64,000 bases of DNA from Phoronis australis (Eukaryota; Animalia; Phoronida): the NCBI GenBank assembly GCA_002633005.1, contig NMRA01000377.1, forward strand, positions 1-64,000. Direction: 5' to 3'. The position numbers and the translations under genes were made by a program. The notes below the pieces were generated by a model that worked only from the letters and a program-made list of their open reading frames with translations, did not search any database and was not told the DNA's origin. Shown in pieces: positions 1 through 13,100 of the stretch. Each line of letters begins with the position of its first letter. Position 1 is the first letter of the stretch.

Positions 1-712
1 TCATATCCACTGAGTAAGGAACAAGATTAGGGAAATTTTACTACGGTAAATGGTTTATTCAAATCTTCTTGTTTTTGGACAGAAAACACGCCGCCGGGGT
101 TTAATGCCGAACAAGTCAAGGTTGGCAAAAAGTTAACAGCGACACCATAAGAGAACAAGACGTCCACTGTGTGCCTTCACATGTAGGCTTTCGCTTGTCT
201 GTCCTCCCGGTATTGGTAACGTTTATCGTAAGCAAATACTGTTTGCAGCGAAAAAGATCAATGGGAAAACTGTTAATGAACGCTAATTAACCAGTTTGAT
301 TGTCTTTAGGTTAGAATTAATCGTTATCCAGATCTTAATAACATTTGGCGTTTAATTAACCATGTGTCAACTTTCCAATTGATTACGGAAGAATCAATCA
401 GTAAACGTACTGAAGTAATTAATTTCTCCCGACAGTATCTTTTGTAACGGGCTATTCATGTTCACCGGTCTCTGCCCCGACATCTGTGATTAAGGGGGTC
501 GTGCGTTGGTTCGACGTTATTTAGAAGTGATATTTTATCAAACTATCGAATTTATTAAACGTTTGCAAACTTCAAGGGCTATTGATATGATGTGGAAATT
601 GATAGCTGAGTAATCGCGTTCCGGTAAGGCGTCTACACTTTGTTTTGGTCTGGTCTGTACACCCCTCATAAATCACAAATTGGGATGGTCTATTTGGGGA
701 TTCCTCGACTGA

Positions 713-825
713 CCAATCACATGGTTGTGCGCGCTGCGAGGATTTCTCAGCGTCGTTCAGCGGACGAAGGGGTTTTCAAAGAATGTTGATGTTTAAGTTG
801 TTTTTGGTGAAACGTGGGTATAAAT
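713..825 (+). promoter_or_regulatory. Putative TIKI core promoter (CCAAT box and TATA-like box)
   Basis: GACCAATCAC with CCAAT at 713-717 and TATAAAT at 819-825, in a CpG-enriched stretch about 200 nt upstream of the inferred start codon at 1025. The TSS cannot be determined from sequence. Confidence 0.4.
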
Positions 826-1024
826 ATCGCGGTAATGTGAAGTTATAGTATGGATACCACTATATGTAGACCTACCATGCGGTCTAGCAGCGATCGGACG
901 GTTTGTAAACTAGCAGACAACAGAGACGTCAGTAGGCCTAACAATGTGGATCGTAAACAAGCGTGATTTTCATGGATTTCACGGCGGATTTGAATCACGT
1001 TTTGTTGACTGACTTTGATGTAAA

Positions 1025-1126
1025 ATGTTTTTACTTTACGTAGCTGCTGTCCTGCAAAGTATCTGGTGTTTTGACCATGCTCTGACGGACGCGATGATTG
1101 CACCGTACTGTGAAAACGTGAACAAC
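1025..1126 (+). CDS. TIKI: TIKI coding exon 1 (signal peptide; [34 protein letters not shown])
   Basis: ATG at 1025 opens 34 codons with a hydrophobic N-terminus. It ends at a strong donor AAC|GTAAGT, phase 0, matching exon 2. Absent from the ORF track because it is short. Confidence 0.8.
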
Positions 1127-4100
1127 GTAAGTTAATCGAAAAGGCGGCTCTGAGGCCGTTCGCCCATTCATAAGACGTTACAATCAGCTGCTGTGACTGT
1201 GGTGTTAATCACTGGCGTTGGGTACAGTGGCATTGAAACATGATAAAACTCGACTTGCGCACTATACAGAGTAGATTAGTCGACCAGCTTAGGACTGGCG
1301 TCTTCGCTCGTATTAATAAAGAGCGGGGCGAGTTAAATGTCCGAGATTTTAATCCATTAGCCATTATTACCCTTAGCACTGCCTGCCTTTTAGGCTGCAC
1401 GCACACTTGTGAAATGCTGCGACACTGACGTCGCATATGCGGTGCTTGGCTTAGCCTAAACACTCTCATCTAAGCCAGTGGTGTTCTATATGATTTTATT
1501 GTAACCCCCATCGGTTTTATTTGCTAAACTTCTTGGTCGTCTCTTGTTTGTGTTAAGTTTGCAATAAACTGTGAATGGTCTACAAAATCCTGTTACTACT
1601 AGTGCTGTTCAAAATGTGGAGTGGAAACGGTTACGGGCATTTCTTTTAAAAGCTAGATCTTCACCAGTCATTGGCAACTTAAGGTGTTGTTTTTGGGTGT
1701 TCACTTACACAGAATGTCAAGAAGGAGTTAAGTTTGAAAAGTGACAACTTTATTGCTGTTGGTTGGTGGGATAAAAAACACTGAAGTGTTTACAACTATT
1801 AAATCATGTCAGCACTGGATAAAGCAGTTTATTCCCCACTCACAGGTAGTATATGAAAATCATTGTTTTAGTTCATGTATAGATTCAGCTGGAAGGCCAA
1901 AAAATGTTTTGTTTTGTTTTTAAATATGGTAATTTAGTGTACCTCCATTGCGCATGAAATTTAAAGATGGAATTTAATGGGGAGATTGAACACTGTTAAC
2001 TTAATTTTTTCAGTTTGAAACTTGCGATTTTGACTTAAAATAAGCGCTACATGTATCTTTAAAACTATATTTATTTAGCTATGTGCGTGGGACACTTCGT
2101 TTCAGACAATGACAATTGCAGGGGCGGATCCAGAATTTTTTAAAAGGAGGGGGGTTGGATCAAGGATTTTTTAAAAAGGAGGTCCAATTTGACAATTTGA
2201 AATTTGTAGATTTGATAACACTAAAATCAAAGAAAAAAAGGGGGTCCAGACCCCCTTGACCCCCCGGACCCGCTTATGAGTTGTTGAATGTTTTGCTATG
2301 AATTTGCGACAGTCACAAATTTTTAGTTTTGAGATAAGACAAGTTAAGAAGCTGTGTGTTCTGAATGAAGCTGTGGGTGTCTATTTCGTCTCCGAATTGC
2401 CTCCATTTTTATTTTATCTTACTTTGGAGTTCGTTGTTCTTGACCCAGCGATGTAATGCTCAGTGTTGGCTAACTTTAATTGAAATGCGTATGAATATCA
2501 ACCAACCTTTGCCCATTCTGTAACAATGTGGTGGAGATTTATCCAATAAATTGATGAAAACTNTTCCCCACACACAGGTAGTATATGAAAACCATTGTTT
2601 TAGTTCATGTATAGATTCAGCTGGAAGGCCAAAAAATGTTTTGTTTTGTTTTTAAATATGGTAATTTAGTGTACCTCCATTGCGCATGAAATTTAAAGAT
2701 GGAATTTAATGGGGAGATTGAACACTGTTAACTTGATTTTTTCAGTTTGAAACTTGCGATTTTGACTTAAAATAAGCGCTACATGTATCTTTAAAACTAT
2801 ATTTATTTAGCTATGTGCGTGGGACACTTCGTTTCAGACAATGACAATTGCAGGGGCGGATCCAGAATTTTTTAAAAGGAGGGGGGTTGGATCAAGGATT
2901 TTTTAAAAAGGAGGTCCAATTTGACAATTTGAAATTTGTAGATTTGATAACACTAAAATCAAAGAAAAAAAGGGGGTCCAGACCCCCTTGACCCCCCGGA
3001 CCCGCTTATGAGTTGTTGAATGTTTTGCTATGAATTTGCGACAGTCACAAATTTTTAGTTTTGAGATAAGACAAGTTAAGAAGCTGTGTGTTCTGAATGA
3101 AGCTGTGGGTGTCTATTTCGTCTCCGAATTGCCTCCATTTTTATTTTATCTTACTTTGGAGTTCGTTGTTCTTGACCCAGCGATGTAATGCTCAGTGTTG
3201 GCTAACTTTAATTGAAATGCGTATGAATATCAACCAACCTTTGCCCATTCTGTAACAATGTGGTGGAGATTTATCCAATAAATTGATGAAAACTATTTTT
3301 GAACTTTGTGTAAAGTCATCAAGGCTTTATTAAGAAGAAATATGCTTGTGATTTCATCACAAATAAAAATGATTTGATGTTTAAAATGTCCTAAAAATAA
3401 GTGGAATAAAATGAAAACATTGTCTGAATACTGCCGACTGTTGAAAGCTTGTCTTATACACATTTGTGATGTCATGATGTGTTAAATCCCAACTTGATTT
3501 TATCATACAGGGTTATCTTGGGATTTTCGAATTGCATTAATTTATTTTACTAAGCTTATCCTTATAATAAGTTTTCGTTACTTTATCAGCGATTTCTGAG
3601 GTTAAAACAAGCGGTTTAAAATATTGTGTTGCAGTAACAGTTATAAGATAGCTGGCTAGATATTAAATTTTGTTCCATTGGTCCTAAAAATGAAATTACT
3701 ACAGATTTAATCATGTTCTGTAGCTGTACCCTTCCAGACCCACATAAAGAAACTTTATGATTTTCATTGAAGTTTTATTACTTCTAAACAAGCAGGACTG
3801 GAGTTAGTGTTTTTCTAACGTTTGCGTGAGATTCAGTCAATCATATCCCCTTGAGTAAAAGACGCAAAGATTTTCGGTGAAACTCAGTAGAAGGTGGAAC
3901 GGCTTTTAGATTCAGGGCTCTTAGTGGCTCCATCCTAGCAGGGGGTGGGAAGTTCACCCTCTACCAAAAGTATTCCTCAGAAGGCCCTGAGATTGTCGAG
4001 ATCTTCCATGGCCAATGGATGTTTTATGTCAATTCTGATAAACAATAATGCATTCGCAATTGAGGAAAGCAATATTTATTGGCTTCAAAATCTGTGTCCT

Positions 4101-7100
4101 TGTGTTTTCTAATTCCATGTTCCTTTGGATGACATTATGAATTATTAGAGCGGTCTCTTTTCTTCTTTTTAACAGCAAAGTCAGCTCAACTCATTTCTGT
4201 GGAAGGTGGAGCGCGATCCCCCGGCCTACTTTTTTGGCACTATTCATGTTCCTTACACAAAGGTATGGGACTTCATTCCTACAAATACGAAGCAAGCGTT
4301 CGAAGACACGGAAAACATATTCTTCGAACTAGACTTGACCAATCACTACACAATATCTGCTCTGGCTCACTGTCAGCTATTGCCTGAGGGGGAGCACCTC
4401 GCCAACATTTTACCTCGGGACCTCTATCTGCGCTTGAAGAATCACCTGGATTATATCAGGAGAGAAATGTCATCTTGGATTACTGCCGACCAAAGAGGGC
4501 GGGGACTGTACGCGGATTACTTATTCAATGCCATCGCGGGAAACTGGGAGCGAAAACGACCCGTCTGGGTAATGTTAATGGTGAACTCTTTAACGGAGAG
4601 CGATATCAAGTCACGTGGTATCCCCGTGCTAGACTTGTTTTTGTCGCAAGAGGCTGAACGACTCAACAAGCGCACAGGTGCCGTAGAACGGGTGGAGGAA
4701 CAGTGCGTACCTCTCAATGAACTTGACTTATCACAGGTAAGTGGAGTTTGATCGGTGGAGTTGCCGTGCGGTAAAACCTTGCTTACTTAGGACACAATGT
4801 TCCAGGCAAGTTTTATTTTTACATTTTAAATAATTAGAGATTTTACGGATTAACTGAACGTCATTGTGTCAAATGTATTATTATTGCCATGGGTTAAATA
4901 CAATACAGTGAGCAGGTCTACCTGTTCAAACAGAAGTACTTCAAAAGCTTGAAAAAATATGATTTTCAGAATGTATTCTGCTGAAATTGCTGATTTTATG
5001 TTTTAAATTTAAAGCCATCTGACGTACGTATTGAAATACGTGGGTAGTGAGTATAGTTTTAAGTACATTTTCATTTGTCTTGACATTAAAATGGTAGGAC
5101 GGTGGTTTGATGAGGTTGTTTCTATGAGGGTTTATATTTCCCAAATCTCATATCCTGGTCTTGAAAAAAGGAAAAAAGTTTTGGTAGCCTTTGGTATAGC
5201 AAAAAATCCGGGTCAACAGTTTTTCTCTCAAACTCCAAGAGTCCAGTTTGTTAAATGTAGTTCCTAACATTACTCAGTGAACAGGGCTATGATGTGGACA
5301 GAAGTGTTTTCATTAGGTATTGACTTGGTAACTCTTCTGATGTTGTAAATGGCTGAAACGTGTGAGGTAAATATTTGACCTGTCTCTGGTGAACAAGAGT
5401 ATAGTTTGCAAGATACACTTTGAGATGAAATACTTCATGCTTTACATCTAAACAGCTTTATAACAAAAAGTGAAATAATCAAACCATCAACCCATCCAGT
5501 ACCGTTCTAAAACGTTTGTTGTAACTGAAGTTCCGTACATTCCCACACCAAATTGTATGTAAGGTTTTAGTTAGTTTAAGACATGTTGGATTGAACATGT
5601 GAAATCAGATTCACTGTAAAATGGTTCACCCGTAATATTCTTTATTTGGCCACCTTGATAAAATTGCAGTGTGTCAACTGTTGCACAAATCTTCTGTTCC
5701 TTTTGGACCTTGGCACTAGTTTTAAGTCTTGCAGTACTTTTTCAATGATTTGTCTTGCAAAGTAGAGAGAAATCAAACTTTTCAAACATGGCTCAAGGTT
5801 TCCAAACACGTTTGGTGTACCGCCATGTTTGAATGCCTCTATGGAGATCACTGCTCGAGACAATACAGTAAAATCTCACGAAGTAAAGACACAAATATGG
5901 CTGGGAGGTGCAATTTCATTCACTCATTTCTTGATTATTTAGACGTGCTGCGTCAAATTAATGCTTTTCCTTGTTCAAGTTATGTACCATATCCACCACC
6001 TGACACCAGACGATGTTTTGGAAAGTTCGGGCATTCACAAGAATGTTGGAAGCCCTTGGCAAAAGATAGATGGATAGATAACTATAGAGGATGCAACATG
6101 CTAAGTATGAAAGTATCTACTGCATGGTCCTCAGAAAACAATTATTTTTGTCTGAATTTGAAGAGATGTTACCATATCTAAGTCTAAAAAGAAATTTGCC
6201 AGTCCTAGCCCGAGGTGAGGAAAAATACCCACCCGAGTTGGTGGCGCATTCCCACCCCACCCCCTCGAGTTTGTGAGCTACACATAAGTCATCTTTTGCA
6301 TAGTTTTGAATGAAACCTGAGTGCTCGCTTGGTGCTTGACTTTATCATGTTACTTTCACCTTTGTGTAAATAACATACAAACTGTTTATATTAGTGGCAG
6401 ACAGGTATCTTGCTTCATTGTTACGAGACCAGTGCAGTGTTTAAATTCATCCATACAGATCCTCGCCTTCATATTGTGCAGAGCAATTATTTAACTTCAT
6501 TGTTAAAGACATAAATGAATATCGGGATTTTGTGGGGATGGCTTCCTAATTTGATAAAAGCTTTAAAAAATGACCAGGACATCTGGATCATCCTGGGCAA
6601 ACGCCGGAATACTTTTGAAAAAGGTTAGTGGTTAACTGAAATTTGAGTACTACAGTCCACAGTGAACTCTGAAATTCCTAATTCTAACCGGCCTTTTATT
6701 AAATTAAGCCAATTAAGTAAATTCTGGTTCAGTTATTGAAAAGTGCCTGCTCTAAATGGGTTGGAGTCTGCCTCTTAAGGATTAAATCCTCTTTTTATTA
6801 ATGCTCGAGTTCATTCAATGGAGACAACTGTCTCCATCTTCTGTGATCAAGGATATTTCAAATTATGATCTTATTTCAAGCTGGAGTTTCTCTGTAATAT
6901 GATATGATAATGTAATTAGATCGTACATCGGAAACCATTGTAGGAGAACAGGCATTAATCACATTTTAGTTGTCATCTTAATGCCGTGAAATTATCGCTT
7001 TGCTTCTGTTTAATCTTCATACCTGGTCAGACAGTCTGGACAATGTGTCTCTTTCATGTAATAGATTTCCTATGCTAACTTATTACTTGGCGAAATAAAT

Positions 7101-10100
7101 TTCGCCAAGTATATTGCTCTGACACTATGTTTGTTTTTTTTTTTTTTTTTNGCAAAATTTTCGTACTATTTTTCACAATGTTTAAAAGTGCCATATACTG
7201 TGTCTTAAAATTGAAATTGATAACGATGTATTCCAGATCTATACAAATCTTTTTGTCCAATTTGACAAAAAATGAGATGAAAAACAAAGACATATAAACA
7301 GGAAAAAAATTTGCTTTGCATTTCTTTACTTGTACCGGTATGATGCCCTTGTTGAAATTTTTCAAATTCTCTTTCTAAAGGGTTCATTGAGATTGTTTCT
7401 TGCTAGCTGAGATAAGAAACCCCTATAAGCTGTGAAGGGGGTGTACCTATTCATTTTGGTACCTAACTGCTGTTGCTGCTGAATGTGCCTCTGCAGCTTA
7501 TTTTCCTACTGACTGGGTGAGAGTGTTCTGCTGTAGTTTACAACTACAGCAAAATCTCCAATTTTAAACAGTCTCTAAAATTTGGGACATTGAAATTCAA
7601 GATGAAATTGAATTTTCTTGATCCTGGAGATTAGGATATGGGGATTATCATTCTCAAATATCCAATACTGTGTTTTGTATTCAGCAGAGTTGAAAAATAA
7701 ACTTAGCACTTAAAAAATCGCAGGAATTAGGCAGAGAAGCAACGTTCTCCTGCGTCGTCGGAGTTTGCAATATTGCAAGGTGAGTGATAGTTTGTCATTC
7801 GTAGTAATTCTTTAATTTGGTATGGACAATGTTGTCTATTTCTAAAATTTTCCACATTCTCCGACCTTTGAAAAAATTACTTTTCTTTGTCTCAAACTGA
7901 AGAATTTTGTGGAAGTCCGTTGCACAGTGTGTGGATGTTTGTTTCGTGTTTACATCATAACCTGCTGTATACATGTTTACGTCATGACCTGCTGTTTACA
8001 ACTTTAGCTGCTTTCTTATTAAACGTGAAACTTCGCTTTTGCCGAAGTTTTGGTAAGTGGGAAAGGTTAACTCCAGTAGTTTAAACCTGCAAGGGAAACT
8101 TCGTTGAAAATAGCAGCATTTAAAAGTGAAGCTTCAGTACTCGCTGTAACTTCGGTTTATTGGGAAAGTTCAGAGCGAAACTGTGCCGAAGTTATTAGTA
8201 GGGGTCACGTCAACGATGTACGATCACGCAAGACTCGCAAAATGTGTTCTTTTTTATTGTATCGTGCTCTCAACAGACACACGTAAATAAATAAAAGCAT
8301 ATCTGATGAAGAATGGCACTGATCATTTTCATAAACACTTAAATGGCAGGAGAACAATTTTCAGTTAGCCTCGAATCCACTATTCAATGAGAGTACGAAT
8401 GAACTGCGTCGTCTGGTATCTTAGCGATAACTTCGATATCGCTGTCCAGTTGATATGGTAAGCGAAGTTTCGGTGAAGCTTCGGTAAACTGAAATTCCCC
8501 TAATGGGGAAAGCGACATTTGAGCCACTCTTCTGAAAAACAATTGAACTGGATACTTATTCTTAAATCCAAGGGATAAACTTAAGTGACCGTTTGATGTA
8601 TGCTTTCTAGGCCAGGTATTCTCTCGGGTAATCTTATCCAGTATAAAAGAATGTCCCCTTTAGGTATTTGTTTAAACGAGTTTCCGGGTTTTATTTCACT
8701 CTTTTTGCTAGGCCATCCTGCCAAATAAAAAGACTCCACTTCACCAAGAGTTGCTGTCCAGGGGTCAAACAAACCTGGAATTCAATTATGATGTAACATC
8801 CTGCATTAGACACAGCTCAGTTATTAGAAGTTCATTAAGGACTTTTAGTATGCCCCTGATTTATTTGGGTTCAGTCCATGTTGACTTCCTTACCCTTGTC
8901 TGCAGTTTCCTTGTTGAACAATCTCCACACAATCTTAACACAGTAGCCTTTAGTTGATGATATATGGCCACACATAGATCAGGTATAACAAACATGATTT
9001 GTACTGTATAATCATTATATAACTCAGAGACCAATAGGCCAGGTTATTCAAAGGGCTGTGGTCACTTCCAAGCCTTTGGTCACTCAAGCGTGTAATGACC
9101 CATGTAAACACAGCAGGTAGCCCAAGGCCTGAAGTGGTGCTTGCCCTGTGTAGAGTGAAAATGGAAGAAATCAGGCAGTCACTTCCAGTGCATTAAACTG
9201 TGCACGACTTTCAAAATTAAATTTTTATTATACTCCAACCACACCGTGATCTTTGATGTTTCCAAACGTTTTTCCTCGGTGCTTTTTGAATTCAGGAGAA
9301 AGTTAATTTCTTTGGCTATTATGGATTGAAAAACAAATTGGGGTACGTTTATAATTGATGCAAGCGTATTACAAGCTTGACAAGATCGTAAATCGTCACG
9401 CTAAAGTGCAGTGTAGTGCAATATCTCCGTAGTCATTTGGCAAGTAACCTTAAGGGGCTAATACTAGCAAAATGGCCGACACTGAAAGCAATTGGATAGC
9501 GGTTGTGCCTCCTGCATACAGTCCCACTTGGAAAACTGCGCATCCGGGGATTCCGTAGTCCAATGCAATTGAGCCCTTCGAATTGTTGCTGAACCATTCC
9601 CACTTCCGTCAGTTTACTTCCTGTAGTATATTGAGTGCGCTTGGATGTGGCGTGGCGACTTCATGGTGGCCTGGGATTTTTACCAGGTCGATAAGTAAAA
9701 TCTGAGGACCTGCAGGTCAGAAGAATGTATTTTGACTTAGTCTGCTGTTGAAGAAATCGGAGTGGACACATTGTTGTGACATATTAGAACATGTGGCAAT
9801 TTCCCCATGCGTTTTGAACATTTGATTTTTACATTTCAATCGAGGTGAAGAAATAACCTTTGACATTTTCTGATATCAAAGTGACATCAAAGTGACATCA
9901 AAGTGACATCAATGAGCGTACACTAAAGCATGTTAAGTCTGTTGCTAAGTGGTGATGCCTAACCAGTTCTTTGCCTGAATGGAAGCCAGGTAATATCCTG
10001 CTGGGGAACAGGTGAGCCGGACTATTGGAAGACTAAATTGGCTTAGGTTCAAAAGTTGGGTCACTGACATCCTATGGCTTCTTGTGCAAGGCACAATGCT

Positions 10101-13100
10101 GGTTTGGGTTTTGTGTGTTTATGTTTCAAAGTATTCTAGTAGATCCCTTATGACAGTGCAGTAAACACTATTCACTTTAGCACACAATGTGGTGGACATG
10201 TGGAATTTTATTTTATCAAATTTCTCATCTAAGATTAAGGTTGAGAAAACTTGACTTCATCATCAGTCCGATATGAACTGTGCAGCGATAGTAAAACAAA
10301 ACTTTAGTAAAATTTGAGCTTTGCAACCACCCTCTGAAAATAAAAAAATGCAATCGCCATGTGTAACATGAGCGATTACGTAACTACTGGACATTTAAGT
10401 TAATTCACAGTTTGCACAACTCCAAAGTATGTCATCTTAATTTCTGTCAAAAATAATTTAGATTCATGTCTTGCAGCACTTGTCACAAATGCTTTGCAAA
10501 TAACAAAAATGAAATAAAAGTAATATTTAATAATGTCTTCAAAGTTTGTGGACAAAACTGTGTAGCAGTGTGTCGCCAAATGTGGTCTACAGGTTTCTCT
10601 GTAATATTCAATTAACTATCCCAGTCCAGCTTGTAAGTCTGTCAGTCCTTTTCTGAATTATTTAGTGGGGCTTCATATAGTGTTAGAGTCGGCAAACTTG
10701 AATCGGCTGGTGACAATGGTCGCTTATTGGCTCCGCCCAAGGCGATGGAGCTGTCAATAAATTCACTTTATGCTGGATTAACTCTCGTCTGGATCAGAAA
10801 TCTTGAATATGACCAGTGAGTCCTGAGTCATTGTAAGTCATCTCTGTTATGTTTAGTGCCAGTATCTTATGTATTATACCAATAGTAGGTGCTAGGTAAA
10901 TGATCTACACTCACTGTATCCTGGCTTATCGATACTAGTTATCGTTTATATCATCTTCTAAACATACAATATCTACCAGGTAATTGATGCAATCCTCTTT
11001 GTTGGCCTCATGTATGCTGATGCTATCGCCTGTTGTTATTTTCACTACCACCTCTGAGTGTAAAGTTATATGTTCTTAAGTTCTTGGAATGACTTAGACC
11101 CCCCATTTTGTTAAATTGAGTTGTAGATTTATGACTCCTTGGAAGAAAATAACAAAATAACAATGTGTTTTGAAGTTCTTAAAAGCTTGTTTTCCCTGCA
11201 TGAATCATTGATTGTCATGAGTTAAAGGTCAGAGGTTAATAAACATTTTAGAAACAACAGTATTGCGTAATATCAAACCTTCTAAATCATTCATTTGTCG
11301 AACATTGTTTTTTGTTTTACTTATCAATACAATTAGTTATTATATCCGATGGTAGTGATATGTATATTGAGTGTTATATGTTGGACTCACAACAAAAGTT
11401 ATACCTTGGAAAAAAATTTTTTTCAGCAAAATCTGTCGTATGACAATAGTGTGTCATTTGGGCAGAGCCCTTTTTGTTATTATGGCAAGTTGGCTCTCAA
11501 AAATTTACACAGTTATTTAGGAACCAAATGGAATAAGTGTTTTTGTGGTCAGATACTCCCCCGCAAAATTGCTTCATTTCGGTTTGAGTTTGACCTCGGA
11601 AATGGATATGCGTCGGCTATAGACAATGGTATAAATTATTGAAATGATAAATTATGCAGTAATAACTGAAAGTCAACATTTACGTAATAGTAAAGTAAAG
11701 GTGGTGGTAATTTTCGACTGATTTGGCTGAAACATAATCATCAAAATTGACTTTTTTCTATCTTTTAAAGTCTGATTAACTTGCTGCTATGAATGGGAAC
11801 ACTACCAAATATTGTTTTATGACATATTGATCTACTACCATGCTGGTGATCAACTAAATGTTTTGTTATCTTTATTTTTGCGGAGAAATTTGTTATAATA
11901 TAATTTTACTCGTCGGCCATATTGTGTGCTAGATAGACGAAGAATTACTGTACTCAGTTACAAAAAAAAACTTGACATAAAATCTAAAAGAACTATCTTT
12001 GTTGGAATGAATTGCTTAAACATGAGATTACGAAGTTGATAATAAATATTGAGTTGATATGTTAACCTTTACTGCTTCATCAGTTATCTATAACTATGTC
12101 TCCTCTATTGGTGTATATTTTGAGCCATTGAATAAACTACCATTTTTTCACCTGGCTTTGTTGTAGCTAGTAAGATCCACCCAATGCTAGTATCTGTCGC
12201 TTCACGCTACTGAAATGCCCCTGGTTCTCACATCCATTTGCTCTTATCTCAGTAATATTGAGCCTCTATTACTTTTAAGTAATAATCCAACTTATTATCT
12301 ACCAAAGCCAATATTTGTGTAAATAATATTCTCACCAGTCTTTGCTCTTTGCTAATAAATTTGATAACTCGGCTCGCGTTGTCGTAACTTTACGGTACAC
12401 TTAACTGATTCACCTTTGAACCTTTGTCTGTGTGGTCATCAAACGTAATTCGGATATTCCATAGTTAGCGCTGACAATGAATTTAATGAGGCAAAATTAA
12501 GATGAAGTGAACCAAAATCTTATGTATGAAGTTCACTAATTCTTCCGCACAGCAATTGTTAAAAGATCGTGCATTGACCTTGTCCATCTCACCATTTTTA
12601 GAAGCTCATTTATCAGATGAAAGTACATATTCATCTTGATTTGGTCGCCATCTTCCAGTGAATTGCTCTGATCACAGTGGTTTCGTTTTCACCGTTTGTG
12701 TTCAGGTAATTTCATAGTCTACATTTTTCATGGCAATTAAACTGGTTTCCCGGGAGTGGTTCTAGCCAGACTGATGTGCTATCCGTAAAGGGTCCATTTT
12801 CGCCACGGGTATCACTCTTTAGATTATATAAGACCGTAGAAAAATCGGAACATATATGGCAGATTGATAAAAAATTAAAAATCAAATTCTACAGGCTTCC
12901 TGCTTTCAAAAAGTACGTGCTTTTACTAAGTTGAAATCTATTGTTTTTGTAGAATTTTGGCTAAATGCACGCGCTTGTCTAAAAAGGTCCCACATAACCT
13001 AAAGCATGTTCTCTCTCTAGCATAAACTTGTTAACCTTATGCCAAACCAAGACAGTCTTTTCCTGTGCACGTGTACCCTATGTACTGTAGTAAGTGGTCA

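Noticed and set aside
5729-6181. 150-aa ORF in TIKI intron 2 and similar isolated 100-150-aa ORFs (23164, 32993, 42122, 58583)
   Set aside because: Mostly non-ATG starts and composition typical of random AT-rich DNA, with no transposase, reverse transcriptase or other recognisable motif.
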